Positions 13,401 through 27,490 of a stretch of DNA of 64,000 nt are shown here, piece after piece. Both the position numbers and the translations under genes were made by a program. The DNA lies in NCBI GenBank assembly GCA_964035545.1, contig OZ037768.1, forward strand, positions 10,510,741 to 10,574,740. Direction: 5' to 3'. Each line of letters opens with the position of its first letter. The first letter of the stretch is position 1. The notes below the pieces were generated by a model that was given only the letters and a program-made list of their open reading frames with translations, was not told the DNA's origin and made no database searches. The DNA comes from Bugula neritina (taxonomy: Eukaryota > Animalia > Bryozoa).

Positions 13401-16400
13401 TCACAGCAAAATAAATGGGAGTCGAATAGATGTATATTGCCACCTACTTTCTTCACAACACTCTCGCATGTGGTTAGTGCTATCTTTATGGATCTCTCTA
13501 CAACTGGGAGAATAAGATCAGAAATGGAACGCTCCAGTACGGGCCTCACCAGAGCCTTGAGCGCCTTGTTGAGCTGGAATAGCGGCAACTGAAAGTGGAG
13601 AACAAACATACAAATCAGCACATCTAATGCAAGCAAGATATGCAACTGTGGGGTTTGAGTTGAGATTTTGAAAAAAAATTAAACGCACAAACTATTGAAG
13701 TTAGAAGGTTATAAATGATCACAACTGAAATGTTATATTTTCATACAAAAAACAAGTGTATCCTGCCTTTATTAATACTAGAACTTTCAAGTTGATCTGT
13801 TTTAATAATTTTACAAACGACTATACCTGGTCAGAAATATGAATGTGAGGAGCCAGGTTAGCCATAGAAGACACGTTGATGTCGCTATATGAATACTGAG
13901 GCTGGGGAGTCGGGCGACTGGCAGGTACCTGCTGAGCAAGCGTGCTCTACAACAAACAATACAACATACTGATCTCACTGTGAACAGGTGCGTGCAGGTG
14001 GTGTGCTAGAGATGACAGTCTATGGAGTCATCACACAAGCCCAGATATACACCAATATATTCTAAAAGTAATCAAGTCATAGTGGAAGTGATGTAATCAC
14101 CTGACCATAGCCAACAGGATGCAGTCACTTCTGAGTTTAAGATCAACAACCAGTATAACAAAAGGGTGGAAAAAAGTGTATGGTATATGGCATAGTACAC
14201 ACAGCATATGGTATATTATGTATGCAGTATTTTTAGCAGGTGTTGTTATCTAACACACAGTAACAGGCTTTCAAAAAACATAGACTGTAAAATATTGTAG
14301 ACTTTCAAAGGTCATTGGATGATGTGGATATTTTACACTCAGTACACATGATTATAATACCCATTATTCGAGGCTCTAAAATAATTGTGTATTGTCCAAC
14401 TATGATACATATGCAACCATTGCACACATCAAAACGATTGATGAGTCGGGTATCAGTATTGCTATGGTAAAACTTAAAAATGGCTAACTACTATCTTTGC
14501 ATATACTTTTACATACATTTCCATATATAGGAATTTTCAGGAATACATAAATCATAATAAACTATAACAAACGTTATTTTTAATCAGAAGTTGTCTTGGT
14601 TTTCTGTAGTACAAAATCTCAGAGCTTACAGAAGATGGGGCAACTCATTGAACTTCAACATGTGAATTTTAACAAGCATAATAATAGTTATATTCGTATT
14701 ATAATTAGACAAGCAGCAAATATAAAATAGAAGCACCTGATTGGGTGTAGGCGCCTGCTCCATGTCCGGCACACCAACACTCCCGGCACGAGGTACAGGC
14801 ATGTTTATCATCATTTGGGACTCTTGCTGCTTTGGCCGAACTGTCAGTTGACACTCCAGTATCTCCATGTATGTATCGTCCATTAGGAAATGTGTTGCAT
14901 TCAATTCCTAAAGAAAAGAGTTTACTGTAATAAAATCCGAAAAGCAAGTTATTTTGAAGATGAAAAAAACCTAAAGTTGCGTCATGCAATACCTGTAAAT
15001 CAAGATGGAGGTGTTTACAGAGAACTTCGATCTCAAACTTGAGGTTGAGTTTAAGTTGGTGTTGTTGGTGAAGTTCAGCTAGGACGTTTAGGATGCCCAG
15101 AGTCCAGGGATTGGGGGGTCTGAATATACGACTCTTCTCGCATGATTCCAGCACTTTGGCTACAAACGGCACAACGTAGAGCAGCTCCTCGGAACCTTTG
15201 CTGTTGGCTTCATAGAGCAGTCCTTTGAGATCCAAATCCTAAAGCACGCGTTACCAGAATAAGTGCACTGAGAACTCAAGTGACACATGCATCTTACAGA
15301 CAAAGTAGTGAAAGCTTTTATTGAACTGGACAAACCCATGCTTCATAAAATATTGCAACTAAGCATTTCCTATAGCATTCATATAAATATAGCAGCAGAA
15401 TGTTGATCAATGATTTCCCAGTTATAAGTAGGTGTGAGTGGGAGATTGAAAGCCTGGGGCACATACCAGATGTAGAATGGGTTTATTCTTTGCCAGAGTT
15501 ATGAGACCAAGCCAATGCCCCAAGTTCTTCAATAGAGATCTGTCGGAGAAATTACTCACGCCTTTGTCACTTCTCAACAGTACCTACAGTTTTAAAGAGA
15601 ACATAATTTCTAAGCTTATCAATTCCCTCAGCGACCTAAATATATGCTATTCACCCAACTTAACCCTCTCTCCCTTTATAGAAAGCGCACAAAGAAATAA
15701 AAATATTGTCAAAAACCAGAATACGCTCTGTTTCGTGATATCACATCTATTACACTAAGTTTTATTGCTTAGCATTATGCTCGTACAGATGAATTTGTGA
15801 TTGTGGTTTGCATGAACTTATGGTTGTAGTTTCATTCGATGGCCATGTTTCCTAACATTGAATGAAAAATCCATTTGAATAATGCGAAGTTTGAAAACAC
15901 AGTAATAGTAGGTCTGCTCAAAAACACGTAAATAGATCTCATTACGAAGCTTGAACAGAATATCCACCTTGATATTTCTGAAGGTTTCCACTAGTACACG
16001 GCTGTTGAGAGTGGTTTTACTCAGAGTGTCCAAAAAGCTAGAGTACAATGGGTGGAAGTTGGGTTCAATTGACGCTCGCTTCATAACCAGATACTGAGCT
16101 GCCCACGGTATGTGGTCATCCTTTAGTGCTTGCAACAACTCATCTGCCTACAACATGATATATAGTGACAACTCCGAATCTGTAACTTTACCATATAGAC
16201 TTAGAAGAGAACACAACTGAAGCAGTTGTGTATAAAAATTATTTATTTGGGTTCTAAAACAACCATTTCTACATCAGATCAGTCAATACGGATATAAATA
16301 GTAATAGAAGCTCGGACAATAGTAACACATGTGAATAATCAAAAATGTGATGGCAGCTTTGATGGGTCATTTTTATTATCACCACTTCAAATATATTGGT

Positions 16401-19400
16401 TTTAAGATTTATCATAACACCTTTCACTATTACCAACCCTTACTGTTGATAAGGTTGTACTCTATTAACCAAAATTACTAGCCATATTATTATGAATATA
16501 CAATGAATAGTGACCTTGAGTTCAGATTACAATGCCAAGAATCTACTAAACAAACTGAAGCAGTCTTGGACTAATAGAATCTAAAAGTATTTCCTAGCGC
16601 AATATTACTCTCCTACCACATTATTTTGTAATAAAACAACTGCAGTCTGCCAGAGCAAACAAAGACTACATTAGACTCAGTACCTTCTGCTGAATATTCA
16701 TCTGGGAGAGGTTGTTGAAGATGAAAAAGACTTTATCCTGAGTAGTTTCAGGTGGTATTGACAAATCCATCTTCTCATCATTCCCAGCCAATAGCGTGTC
16801 AATATTCGTTGTGTGCGCAAGAGAAGGCTTGGATACCTGCTTGTTAGGTAAACCTGCATTCAAACAGCACATTCATTGTAGAGACACAACTCAACAAAAC
16901 ATATGAGCAGCAATACACGTTGATTAGATCTAATTTTAGACAATGAAACAGCATAATCTACTTTACCATTCAGAAAGAAAACAAGAACGTACCGATAACT
17001 CCGGCTCCCTTTTGCGAATTGGCAGAATTTGTTGCTGGTGGCGCAGGAGAGCCTGGAAAAGTTGCCTGCGGCACAGTGCTGGCAGTGTTCATGCTCGGCG
17101 CTATAGCTGGCTGCTGAGGCAGCGTACTGCTGACGGGTAGAGCTGCGACAGCATTAGCATGATGAGACATGCTGCCAGTACTATTCAAAGGTGGTTCTTG
17201 ACCTAGCTTACCATAGCTCACATACTATAACAAAACATTATAAATAAGCTGGTCTTGTAGCATTTCAGGTTTTCTATAAAAACAGAGTTGTCTCTACCAG
17301 TAGCTTTATGTTATTAAAACCAGCTGACAACAACACACTTATTTTAATATCTATCAAAATGCTGTAATTTGAACATGGACTTGATCACACTTTAATTTGC
17401 TCGCACAGTAGTAGGCAACAGATAGCAAATGGCTCTATTTTGCTGTCATTACTCCCAAGCACCATGTCAGTGAAACTGGTTCACACTGCACTAAGAAATG
17501 TCCTACCTCTGCCAGAATAGAAGGGAACTGGTTGAAATGGGGTAACGCTACAATATGCTGACAGTACTGAGCACAATCCTTCAACCGAGTCTTGAACTTG
17601 TCGAGTGCTGAAGTACCGAACATGAACATCTTAGAGCCAGGTTCTGCCTTTAGACCTTCCAAGACGTACTTCAACGCTGTGCCCAGAGCCATATGTCTGC
17701 AGAAGGTAAAATAGAGAGGGCAATCAATGACAAAGCTGCATAGCTTTGGTGGCAAATCTCAATGCAGTGTGTAATTTCACAGGCAGGCTCTATTCAAAAA
17801 TGTTTGGCATGAATCACATGCCAGCAAGACTTGCAAAAAGCCTTCTGTTGCCTTGTGTTTCCAAACTGCATAGGTTTTTCCTCTAATAACAACATGCAAT
17901 GAATGGTGGAGGTACTTAGCCACAGCACCATACTCACTGAATCAAGCCATGGTCAACAATTCCTCCCAACAGCAGGGCGGTAACATGCAGCTCTCTCTCC
18001 GGATACTGCGGGAAAAACGTGTTTTCTTCAAACAAGTTTCTCAGCATACAGCAGAAAACATCCTGAAAAGTTAGCATACAAATACATCATCTGCAGTTTG
18101 TCTGACCCTAAGCTTCATTAGTTTGCTTTGTGAGTAACTGGTTAGTGACAGCACACAATACATTAATATATCCAAACTACCTTAACAGGCAGCAAGTGAT
18201 ATTAGCCAGAAAGTACATGAGCAACGCACCCTTTCATGCTTAATGTTAGAATCTTTAAACTGCTTAAGCATTTTCAGCACATCATCAATGCCGAAATTGT
18301 TTGGCGGCTGGTTGTATATCTTTTGAAAGTACGAGTTAGCCTCATCCTCTACATCCGAGGAGAAGGTGGTCGGGGAATCAATGACGGGTTGGGATGGAGC
18401 CAGAGCAGCGTTTGGCTGAATACTCCGGTTGTTGAAAGCTTGCGGCTGACCCCGGTTTCCACTCATCATCATGTGATCTACAGCAGTCAAAGACAAACAC
18501 ATAGCAATTTGCACGACATCTGTGACAATAGGAGACAAATAATGATGCAATGTGTTCTATATCACAATTCAACAGCGACTCACCAGGCTGAACAATTCTC
18601 ATTGGCTGAAGATTTGTGAGTGACGTGTTGGAACCAGGAAGGCCAGGAGCTCCGGCAGTAACATTGTTGGTTTGATTGAACTTAGCTGGAGATCCACCAG
18701 GAGTAGGGGCTTGCAGGCTGAGATTGACAAAGGAATTTTCAATCTACAAGTTTATAATAAAACATGGATTATACAATGTACATACTGGTGGACATGCTAT
18801 TGTCAATGCTGTAGGGAAATAAAAAATCTTACCTTAATTGTAGGACAAACTCTCAATATGCAAATGAGTGTAAACCACAAACTTAAAGTAATCACTAATC
18901 ATTTTGATTAAATTCAGTTTAGAAAATCAGATCAATATGAATCCTACGCTCAAAATGAGTGACAGGTTTCATTTAAAATGACTGTGTGCTTGTTCTGAAA
19001 CTTAACTGACAAAAAGTAAATAGCATTTTAATAATTTAATAATCTATGTTCAGCATGAAGTTCGGTGAATTTAGAGACAACACTCATTACATCTAATGTG
19101 TTTGAGAACAGCAATGTGATGCCCTTTTCAGACTAGTTTTTTAAAAACATAAAATTTCAAGTCAAGCGATCGACATATCCAAGCGAAACCGATACAATAC
19201 CATTTAAAAGGTTAAGTTAAAAACTATGCATAAAATAAAATGCTAGACAAAAGCAAATTCAATTACCCAGTATGGGTAGACATCACTAAAACAAAATAGA
19301 TGTTAATCCCAAAACTATTAATATCAATGATTTTCATACAGCAAGTTTGGCTATGTCAATCCCCTAACAAACAAGACCAAGTATAAATGCAACACAGAAT

Positions 19401-22400
19401 ATACCATATATAAAGAGTAGAAGAAGCAATATGGGCAAATGAAGACACTTACCACACTTACAGGGGGAGGGCCATTGGAACCACTCGGCATATTCATCAT
19501 GGGTGGCATTGAAGACATGATTGGTTGTTGCATAGCCCTTGTTTTGATGTATGAGCCAGCATTCCCGACTAGCTGAGCTACCTCCTTGGTAAGCTCTTCT
19601 GAGCGTATACCACTATAAAGGAAGGTCATGCAGCAATTGCAATTTCCAAACTTTTAAATATCAAATTGGTGCTAAATTAAATGACAAAATGAAATTAGAA
19701 AGTCATGGTAAATATTCCAGATTGTTATATAAATTAGACCTACAAAGTTTGCTTAACAGTAAATTTCCCAATACAATGAGTTTTGTAGACCGTGAAATAA
19801 ATTGGTGGCAGCCAACACTTATCAGTTATGGATTTAATAAAACATACCCAGCAAATGTTTGAAGAACGGAAAGTATGGTATTGACTGCATCTATGGAGAG
19901 TTGGACTTTAGAGGACTGTCGCTGATGTGCCATCTCATCTTTGTATCCCACCAGGAGGGGACATCTTCTTCTCAAAAACCCAATCAAAGCTTCAATAAAC
20001 ACCTCCTACAAACAGCTTGGCAAATGAGCACAACACAATGGCATCACCAATTACAATGGTATAGCTAATCACAATGAGCATGTGCAATATTCAGTAGAGT
20101 AAATTCAGTTTAGATAAAGAAAATACCATCTACCCAAGTTCAACAAAGACTCCACTTGGTCTTAGCATTATATCACATTAACAAAATTATTAAGTTGTGA
20201 TAAGATAGGAGCCTGAATCTAAACTCAACATTTTATGCCAATAAACCATCAGCAATCGGGGCTCATTTTACCTCAAGTTAAACTCCCATACAGAGAACGT
20301 TTAAGGAATGCTTCATCCTATTACTATAGAACTTCTTTACAAGAAATTCACTAAATAGAAAGTAAACAGAATACTCCAAAAGACGCTGCAATAATGAAGT
20401 ACCCACCCCATGATCTCTTATCTTGTCACTCAGCCATTTGTCTAGTTTGAGGTATTCGCGGCGGGAAGCTAGACAGGCAAGCTCGACGACAAATGAGAAC
20501 TGACTTATGTTGAGTAACATGGATAAGGCCTTGAGATCTTGAGCAACATCCAATATTCTGGAGAGACGAGTTTGATCATTCTCTTCACCTCCTTTTAGGA
20601 ACCAGTCAGCCATTCCATACATCATTAGAGTTCTCAGCATAGGCCCATGCGTCTAATGATACATAAACATAAATAAATAGAAGCAGCTGAGAAATAACAA
20701 AACTATCTGGCATGTAGTTCACTTTCGAGCATCTTTCTTATACACAGCACAACCGATTAGTAACATCCTTGTTATTAGTGTGACCAAAGGCATAAGAAGA
20801 ACAACTAAGGTATTAAGATTAGTTATAAATACATACATGAGACTGAAAGTTCCACATCATCTGTAGCATCATGCCAGAGTTTGGATGGTTTATAAGAAAA
20901 GCAGGTAAAATAGTAAGAACCATATCTTTCTTTGTTGTGTTCCAGGGAGACTAAAAGGCGCAACAAATATATAAACTCAAGAGTTTACAGCCTAGGCCTT
21001 GAAAACAAATATACAACATTCTACAATGCGAGAAAACAACTGCCAGCAATCTAACTTTCGAAAGTAAGAGAAAGAAAATGTATCAGCAGAGAACACACCG
21101 TGGTATTTAGAATGTTGATCATAATAACATCTGGACAGCTTCCAGCGGCTGACTTTATTAGGTCCATCACTTTTTGGTAATGTCCGAGATCAGAAAGTCT
21201 TATCAATGACTCAACTAGTTCAGAGGATTGCCTTTACAAAGAAAATTAATGAATAAGAAATAATAAAATTTTAGCTAAGAAAACAACTCACTGAAATCAA
21301 TTAGTACAAAGCACTAATAGCAAGCTCAGCCATAAATACTAAATTTATACTAAAAAGAGCAAATAAACCAGATTTTACAATTTCCAATAAAGAACATGCA
21401 ATAGAACTTTTGAGTTTAATACTAACTCATTAGCACAATATCTAAACTTTTACATAAGCCAAACTGTTTGTAAAACATGCAAATGCAAACATTCTATTAG
21501 TGGAGTACAAGTGCTACAACTTTTTCTCACCAAGTTAGAACATCAATACTCTCTGCATCGGGCGGTGCTTTAAGATTGTCTAACTTTAACTTCTGTTTCA
21601 AGAAATTACCAAAACAGAACACATCAGGATTATTTAGGGCGACCGCAAACCACGACATCTGAAACACATAAAAATAGTTTTCGTATTACAAGCTTAAAAT
21701 AATTTATGTTGGCAAACAATAAGAATAAGTTATCTAGAAAATTTATAATCCAAAAGAAACTAACCTGGCCTTCGCTGTTTGTCCACGGTTTAAACAACTC
21801 ATCAATAGGGAAAGCATTATGCATAGCTTTACAGACTGCCATCATTATCAACTGCAGACCTTGTCTACTTACAACCATAAAGCCGTCATGGTCAAACTCT
21901 CTCACCACATCTCGCCAATTCAGACTAGGCGACTAACAAAAACATATCCATCAGTTACCATGAAGCTTAAACAAGTTAGTATCCAACAATTTATACTGCT
22001 TGTAAAAATTTACAGTAGTGTTGATAAGCTTCAATTACTAGAGACACATGACAACAACTGTAGTTGAACTGAACTGAGAAATGTTGGCGAAACTCCACAC
22101 AATTATTTCCAAATCTAAAACAGCTGCTGCCACCATCAACTTGACTGAAGATTCTAACACACAACTGACCTAAACTGACAACGCTGACAACACAATGTAG
22201 CCATGTATGTTTTAGCACTTACCATTTCTTGCACTACTTGTACAAAGACATCTACGTTCCAGGTCTGTTGAGTAGGTTGCCCTTCAGGTCTACTCTCCGT
22301 GACCCACAAAGAATTCGGCATATTCAACGTCTGCATATGCAGTCCGTCCTGCAAACCGGTCACGGTTTTTGACATCATACCTAGTACCTGCAATGACAAT

Positions 22401-24458
22401 CTCTAGATATAAACCTTTCCCAGAGTACCTGTGAACTGCCACCTGTCACAGGTGCAATGAAAGGTAAAATAATTATTTATCAAGGAAGAATGTCTCTAAG
22501 AGCTTTTTGTTAATAAAAATAACAGCAGCGAATTTCATCTTACAACTCTGGGACTTGTGGGCGAACTTTGTGATTGACTTGCAAATATCTTAGACCTGTT
22601 TGGAATATCCGTGTGAGTCAAGAATGAGGAATATAAAAGGATTGCATATAGTAATTAACAGATCCAGAGAAGAAATTTTTTCTGGAATAGCTGTACCAAA
22701 TAATGCGATCAGATATGAAGTAACAGCAATATGCACGCATGGCATAATTGTTCAGCTGGACACAGACCTGAGCAACAGCTTTAGCAGTGACTTCTCTAAC
22801 ACCACCAAGCTGGGTAAGTGTTTGTCTACATTTATCTTTTTCACTGGTACATGAATAACCAATCTCCTTTAAGCATTCTGCTAGCCTGGCCTCCATCTAC
22901 AAATAAGAAAAGCAAACTCAAACCTGAAGAATGAACTAACAAATCAAAAATACTGAATTTGAAACAGAACTAGAAAAAATTATTCAGCTAATGGCAACGC
23001 CTTACCACTTTGTTTGGAAGAGCTACAGAAGAAGGGTTCAGCTGCTCCAAAGTGTAGTTGAACTGTTCAGAATACAAAAGTGGGGCTAGTATTACTGGTG
23101 TCCTTTCACGAGGAAAATCTCTACGCAATGCAGCTAAAAATTGCTCCTTTAACTCTGTGCTTGTGCCAGATGGGTTTTCAGAGTCCACCAGGTCAACTAG
23201 TAGACGGTGCAGCACTTCTACAGCAGCCTCATGTAAGCCACTTTCTCTACCCCCTGATTCTAAAACAAAGATCAACACTTTGGATAGTTGAAAAAAATTC
23301 CTGTATCAAGATTTATGAGATTCTGCTTGTTTTCATAGATTGTAACTGTTTCTATTGAACAATCTGTTTATTGCTCATTCCATTGCAAAAATTTGGTTTT
23401 AGCGATGCAGCCTTGATTTAGAAAGTAGTTCATTACATAAGGTTGTAAGTTTAGACTAAGAACTCATTTTAATTTACATAACATAACAGGTTCACAGTTT
23501 TAAACTGAAGTTTTATTACAATGCTCGAAAATCAAAATGGAAAAAAAGTTATTGCACTGAATTTCAATTAGCAGAGTACCTTAAGGAAGCTACCAAACTA
23601 ACCTGTATCCAAGAATGAACTGATGAGGTCGGGAAATTTTAGTCTAGTAAAGACTTTAGCGTGATATTTTATATCTGGATTAGAAGAATTGAGCAAGACC
23701 ACACCAAAAACTACCTCTTGGAGCTTGTTGAGCTTTAAAATCTTGCTAATTTGTGACAGTAATTGTGATGAAGGTTTCAGCGTCTAATAAAATAGTTCAA
23801 CAAAAAATGTATGAATAAATACCTGATGCCCAAATAGTACACCAGCATGTGGATTAAAGGCAAATATTTCATGTAATGTTGAAATATTACTCCAAAATCA
23901 CCTTTTGACGCTGGAAGGGACTTTCTAATGCAAAGCAAAGTATGGATATGCAGTTAGGTTTTGCAATGAGGGCTGCACATTCCTGCTGAAGTAGTTGGAT
24001 TTGAAAAGTATCTTTTCCATTATTAGATTTACCATCACCAGTAAAATCAATAGCAGAAAACAGGCATCGAAACAGATGTCGCTCCGCTTCTTGCCCGTGC
24101 AATGTTGTCAGCTGTAAGACAATAAAAGTACTCCACTACACAATGACAATGAAAACAATTACCTAGAAAACTTTTACATAGTTTACTCGAAGTACTACTT
24201 GTAATACTAATAGTACTACTACTAGTAGTAGTTCCACTTCTAGTAAGTGTAACTCAGACTGAGATGATCATGATTGATGGCTAACTCCAAGCTTAACGTT
24301 GATCAAATTTACAGGAAGGTGATACCAGTTCAAGCTAATTAGAACTAAAAGCTCACGTGGGATAAATCGCTGGCAGTCTGTTTAAAGTTTTTCTTGGTCA
24401 GATTCCTCACTGAAGAGCTGATGTGAGAGAGTGCGAAATCAAGCGAGGCTAAATTCAT
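1402..24458 (-). CDS. CNOT1: CCR4-NOT transcription complex subunit 1 (scaffold), about 41 coding exons
   Basis: Start [25 protein letters not shown] (24458-24357). Internal exons give [112 protein letters not shown]. Last exon [24 protein letters not shown] ends in TGA at 1402-1404. Splice phases are consistent (GT-AG plus one GC-AG). Confidence 0.97.
2845..3117. mobile_element. Degenerate MITE (about 40-bp TIRs, AGG...CCT ends) in a CNOT1 intron
   Basis: AGGTAGCAGTTGATAAGAGACTTGTCTGTACCAGCAT is the near reverse complement of ATGCTGGTACAAACAAGTCTCCATCAACTACTACCT; no clean TSD. Confidence 0.65.
5233..5252 (+). repeat. G20 homopolymer
   Basis: 20 consecutive G, preceded by GTGCGCGC and followed by TGGTGG. 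Confidence 0.95.
9810..9908. repeat. Two-copy tandem duplication of about 54 bp in a CNOT1 intron
   Basis: AGAATTCTA(GA)CACTAAACG(C/T)TGGTTTATTTCACA occurs twice in tandem. Confidence 0.85.
11259..11364 (-). other. GC-AG intron in CNOT1
   Basis: Exon ends CAC GTC ACC AG|gcaagt; next exon starts ttggtag|G TCT ATG GTT GAA, giving the in-frame HVTRSMVE. Confidence 0.85.
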
Positions 24459-25077
24459 TCTTCCATCCGGCAAGGATGTGCCACTAGGGCAATACACTAG
24501 CTACTGATTTAAGAGTTAACTTGATAAAATGCTCAAGAACTCAGAGTACAAACTTTTTATAATATTGAAGACAATGTGAATAGTTATTGAACAAAGGTTT
24601 TTACATTTGGAAAAACTGCAAGCTGACTAATTTGAAATCCTCATCATGGCGACGATTCATGTTAAAAGTTAGCAAATTTGGTCCGACAAGCTTTACTGTG
24701 TGACTGCCAATTAAAAGAGATTATGAGTTATATGACAATCAAGTACTTTATTGAGGAGAGATCATTGTTGTTCATTGTCGCCGTAAACGCATCCAAAATA
24801 TGATATATTAATTTACGATGGCCATACTATGATAATAATACAGATTAAAGTATACAAGAGTAGATAACCCACTTTGTAATCACACAGTTTAATGGAGAAG
24901 TGAATTAAAAATATTATATGTAACCAATACATTTTGGTCACTATTGAGCATTCCTGCACGACAACTGTATAAACAAGGCACGCATACAACCTTTAATGTT
25001 TTGTACTCCTAAATGAATTCTATGTTGATCATTAGTAAGGCAAATTTTAACCATTACAACTACTTTATCAACATAAT

Positions 25078-25346
<269 letters not shown>

Positions 25347-25836
25347 TAGAAGAAAAAAACGGTTTTGATAATTTAACATAAAAATTAGTCAAAGCTATCT
25401 TGTACTAGCTCCTGTATTGATGCATATATGAAGATTTTCATTTTGATAAATAACAAGCAGTTTATTCAGCAATTCTTTAAAAACTTCATTTCACAAAAAT
25501 TATACCGAATAACAAACAAGAGGTCAACTTTTATTATAATTTACCCAACACAGTCAGTCACCAATAGTAAAGATATAATGCAGACTAGAATTTGCATGCA
25601 ACACTTTATTAATCTTATATTTATAAGCCTTTGTAGTCCCAGTATAAAAAATTAAAACAAAGAATTACATTTGTTTCAATAGTACAAGTACAGAATGAGT
25701 GTAATAACGTACAGAAATATGAGGCATAGATAAGACAATTTTAAAAAATTATTTTTAACAAGTAGCTTTTACAAACTAAACAAAAGTTTGGCAATCAAGT
25801 GACTAAAAGACTAGAAGCTTGCTGATAATAGGTAAC

Positions 25837-26982
25837 TTAAGATATTGTGATTGTGTTTACTGCAGTAGAGGAGCAGCAGAAAGACTTGTAGATTTCGAAA
25901 GCATAGTCGTTGGCTACTGCTAATGAAATAAGCTGCTGCAAATATTCTGTTGTAGTATCACTGCACACATTATGTACAGATCCTACAAATGGTGGTATGA
26001 GTTTAGCTAAAGGTAAACTTGGTAAAGCCATGTTTTCAGAGCTAGCCCTAGTTTCAAGTGAAGCTGGAATGCGTGGGGTGGCTGAAGCAAAAACTCGGCT
26101 AATATGTGTTAACAAATAATCAAACCCATGGTTTATCATTGACTGCAGTACATAATGATAATCTTCACTACTGATAATGTCATAAGTTTCCTGCATCAAG
26201 TTAGATAAGCTAAACGACATTCTACCATTGCTAGATTCAGAGCTCTGTTGGCTGCCATGATGAACAAAGGGGGTGCTCTCATAAATAAACGCCAAGAAGG
26301 GTGTCTTTTTAACATCATTTGGCAACTTCTCAATATTGGTTCTAATTCGGTCTATTAACATTTTTAAAGACTGTTTGGTAAGTGATTGCTTCAGCGAGAT
26401 GTTTAAGACCTCCTTTTCAACACTATGCTGTATCAAATCACAGAGCTTAAGTACTCCATTCTCCATAAAATAGCGTATAGTTTCCAAATATTGTTGCTGA
26501 ACAGCACATTCTTCCTCTGTCAATTGTGAGTCTTTTTCATTTTCATGTCTTGAATAGATGCAACCACCAACAATATTCAGTTGAACCCGCAGCGTGAGAA
26601 CAAGAATGCATGTGCTATAAATTGAAGCAAATGTCCGTGTGAATGCCATAAGTTTGAGTTCAGACCAAATGTGAACTTTGTTACTTGGTTTTGTCTGTAG
26701 TTGTTGAGTCAAGTGTTCGCAGTTTAACTGATTCATAATCTGGTCTCTGAGAGTGGGCACAAGAGAGTTGATAGTGAGCAAGCAAGTTCTTTGATTTGAG
26801 TCAAAGTGAGTTTGACGTTGTGCTGTAGCAAATGCAGCAGTCATTTGTTGCTCTTGGTATGCATCTAATTTATTTCTTGCATATTTTAATGCAAAATATG
26901 TCCCTGTAATGGCAGTACCTGTGAATAAAAATTTTCGTTTGTGCTTCTTTAAAAACTGCCACACTGTACTCAACACTCCCAT
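25837..26982 (-). CDS. PEX3: Peroxisomal biogenesis factor 3 (peroxin-3), uninterrupted 381-aa ORF
   Basis: N-terminal FLKKHKRKFLFTG basic patch followed by a TM segment, then HFDSNQRTC, KVHIWSELKLMAFTR, LRVQLNIVGG and LPLAKLIP, all typical of PEX3. Confidence 0.95.
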   Translation of the reverse strand: MGVLSTVWQFLKKHKRKFLFTGTAITGTYFALKYARNKLDAYQEQQMTAAFATAQRQTHFDSNQRTCLLTINSLVPTLRDQIMNQLNCEHLTQQLQTKPSNKVHIWSELKLMAFTRTFASIYSTCILVLTLRVQLNIVGGCIYSRHENEKDSQLTEEECAVQQQYLETIRYFMENGVLKLCDLIQHSVEKEVLNISLKQSLTKQSLKMLIDRIRTNIEKLPNDVKKTPFLAFIYESTPFVHHGSQQSSESSNGRMSFSLSNLMQETYDIISSEDYHYVLQSMINHGFDYLLTHISRVFASATPRIPASLETRASSENMALPSLPLAKLIPPFVGSVHNVCSDTTTEYLQQLISLAVANDYAFEIYKSFCCSSTAVNTITIS

Positions 26983-27159
26983 TTTGTTGTTAGCCCAAGA
27001 ACTTTTTCGAAGATGAATCTGTCTTATTCGTGGCGTACAATCTATCGATCTAAAAACAACAACTAAATCTTAAAAACTAGGTTATACTTGCAGCGAGTAT
27101 GGATTACTGTTTTCGGCTATAAGTATATTCATCTCGATTTCTTTATTAATTATAATCAA

Positions 27160-27490
27160 TCCAATATGAACTTTGAATTAAAGACTGGGAGTTTTAGAAA
27201 TAAATAATGATGTGTCGAGAACCTTTTTGAAATTTGAATTTATGCGAATATCTTTCTCACATGGTTGACATGACCAGCAAAAAAATTAAAATGATAGTTC
27301 CTAGCGATAGCGATTCCGTTAATACTATTAGTAAACAATTGTTTGTTTAAAGGTTGATGTAATCAAATAAGGGGCGGGGTGTGAGAGCAACGACAATCAA
27401 CTCTGACCTATAGTATAATTTTTAGCAATATTGTTTCCTGCACTGAAATAATAATATTGATAATATAATTTTCCTGCATGAAAATGGCGA
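27160..27490. promoter_or_regulatory. Putative bidirectional promoter PEX3/IDH3G
   Basis: Divergent start codons about 500 bp apart; GC box GGGGCGGGGT at 27371; AAAATGGCG (YY1-like) over the IDH3G ATG; local CpG enrichment. Confidence 0.6.

Noticed and set aside
23618-23640. CTGATGAG...GAAA hammerhead-like string
   Set aside because: Antisense of a CNOT1 coding exon; stem II cannot form.
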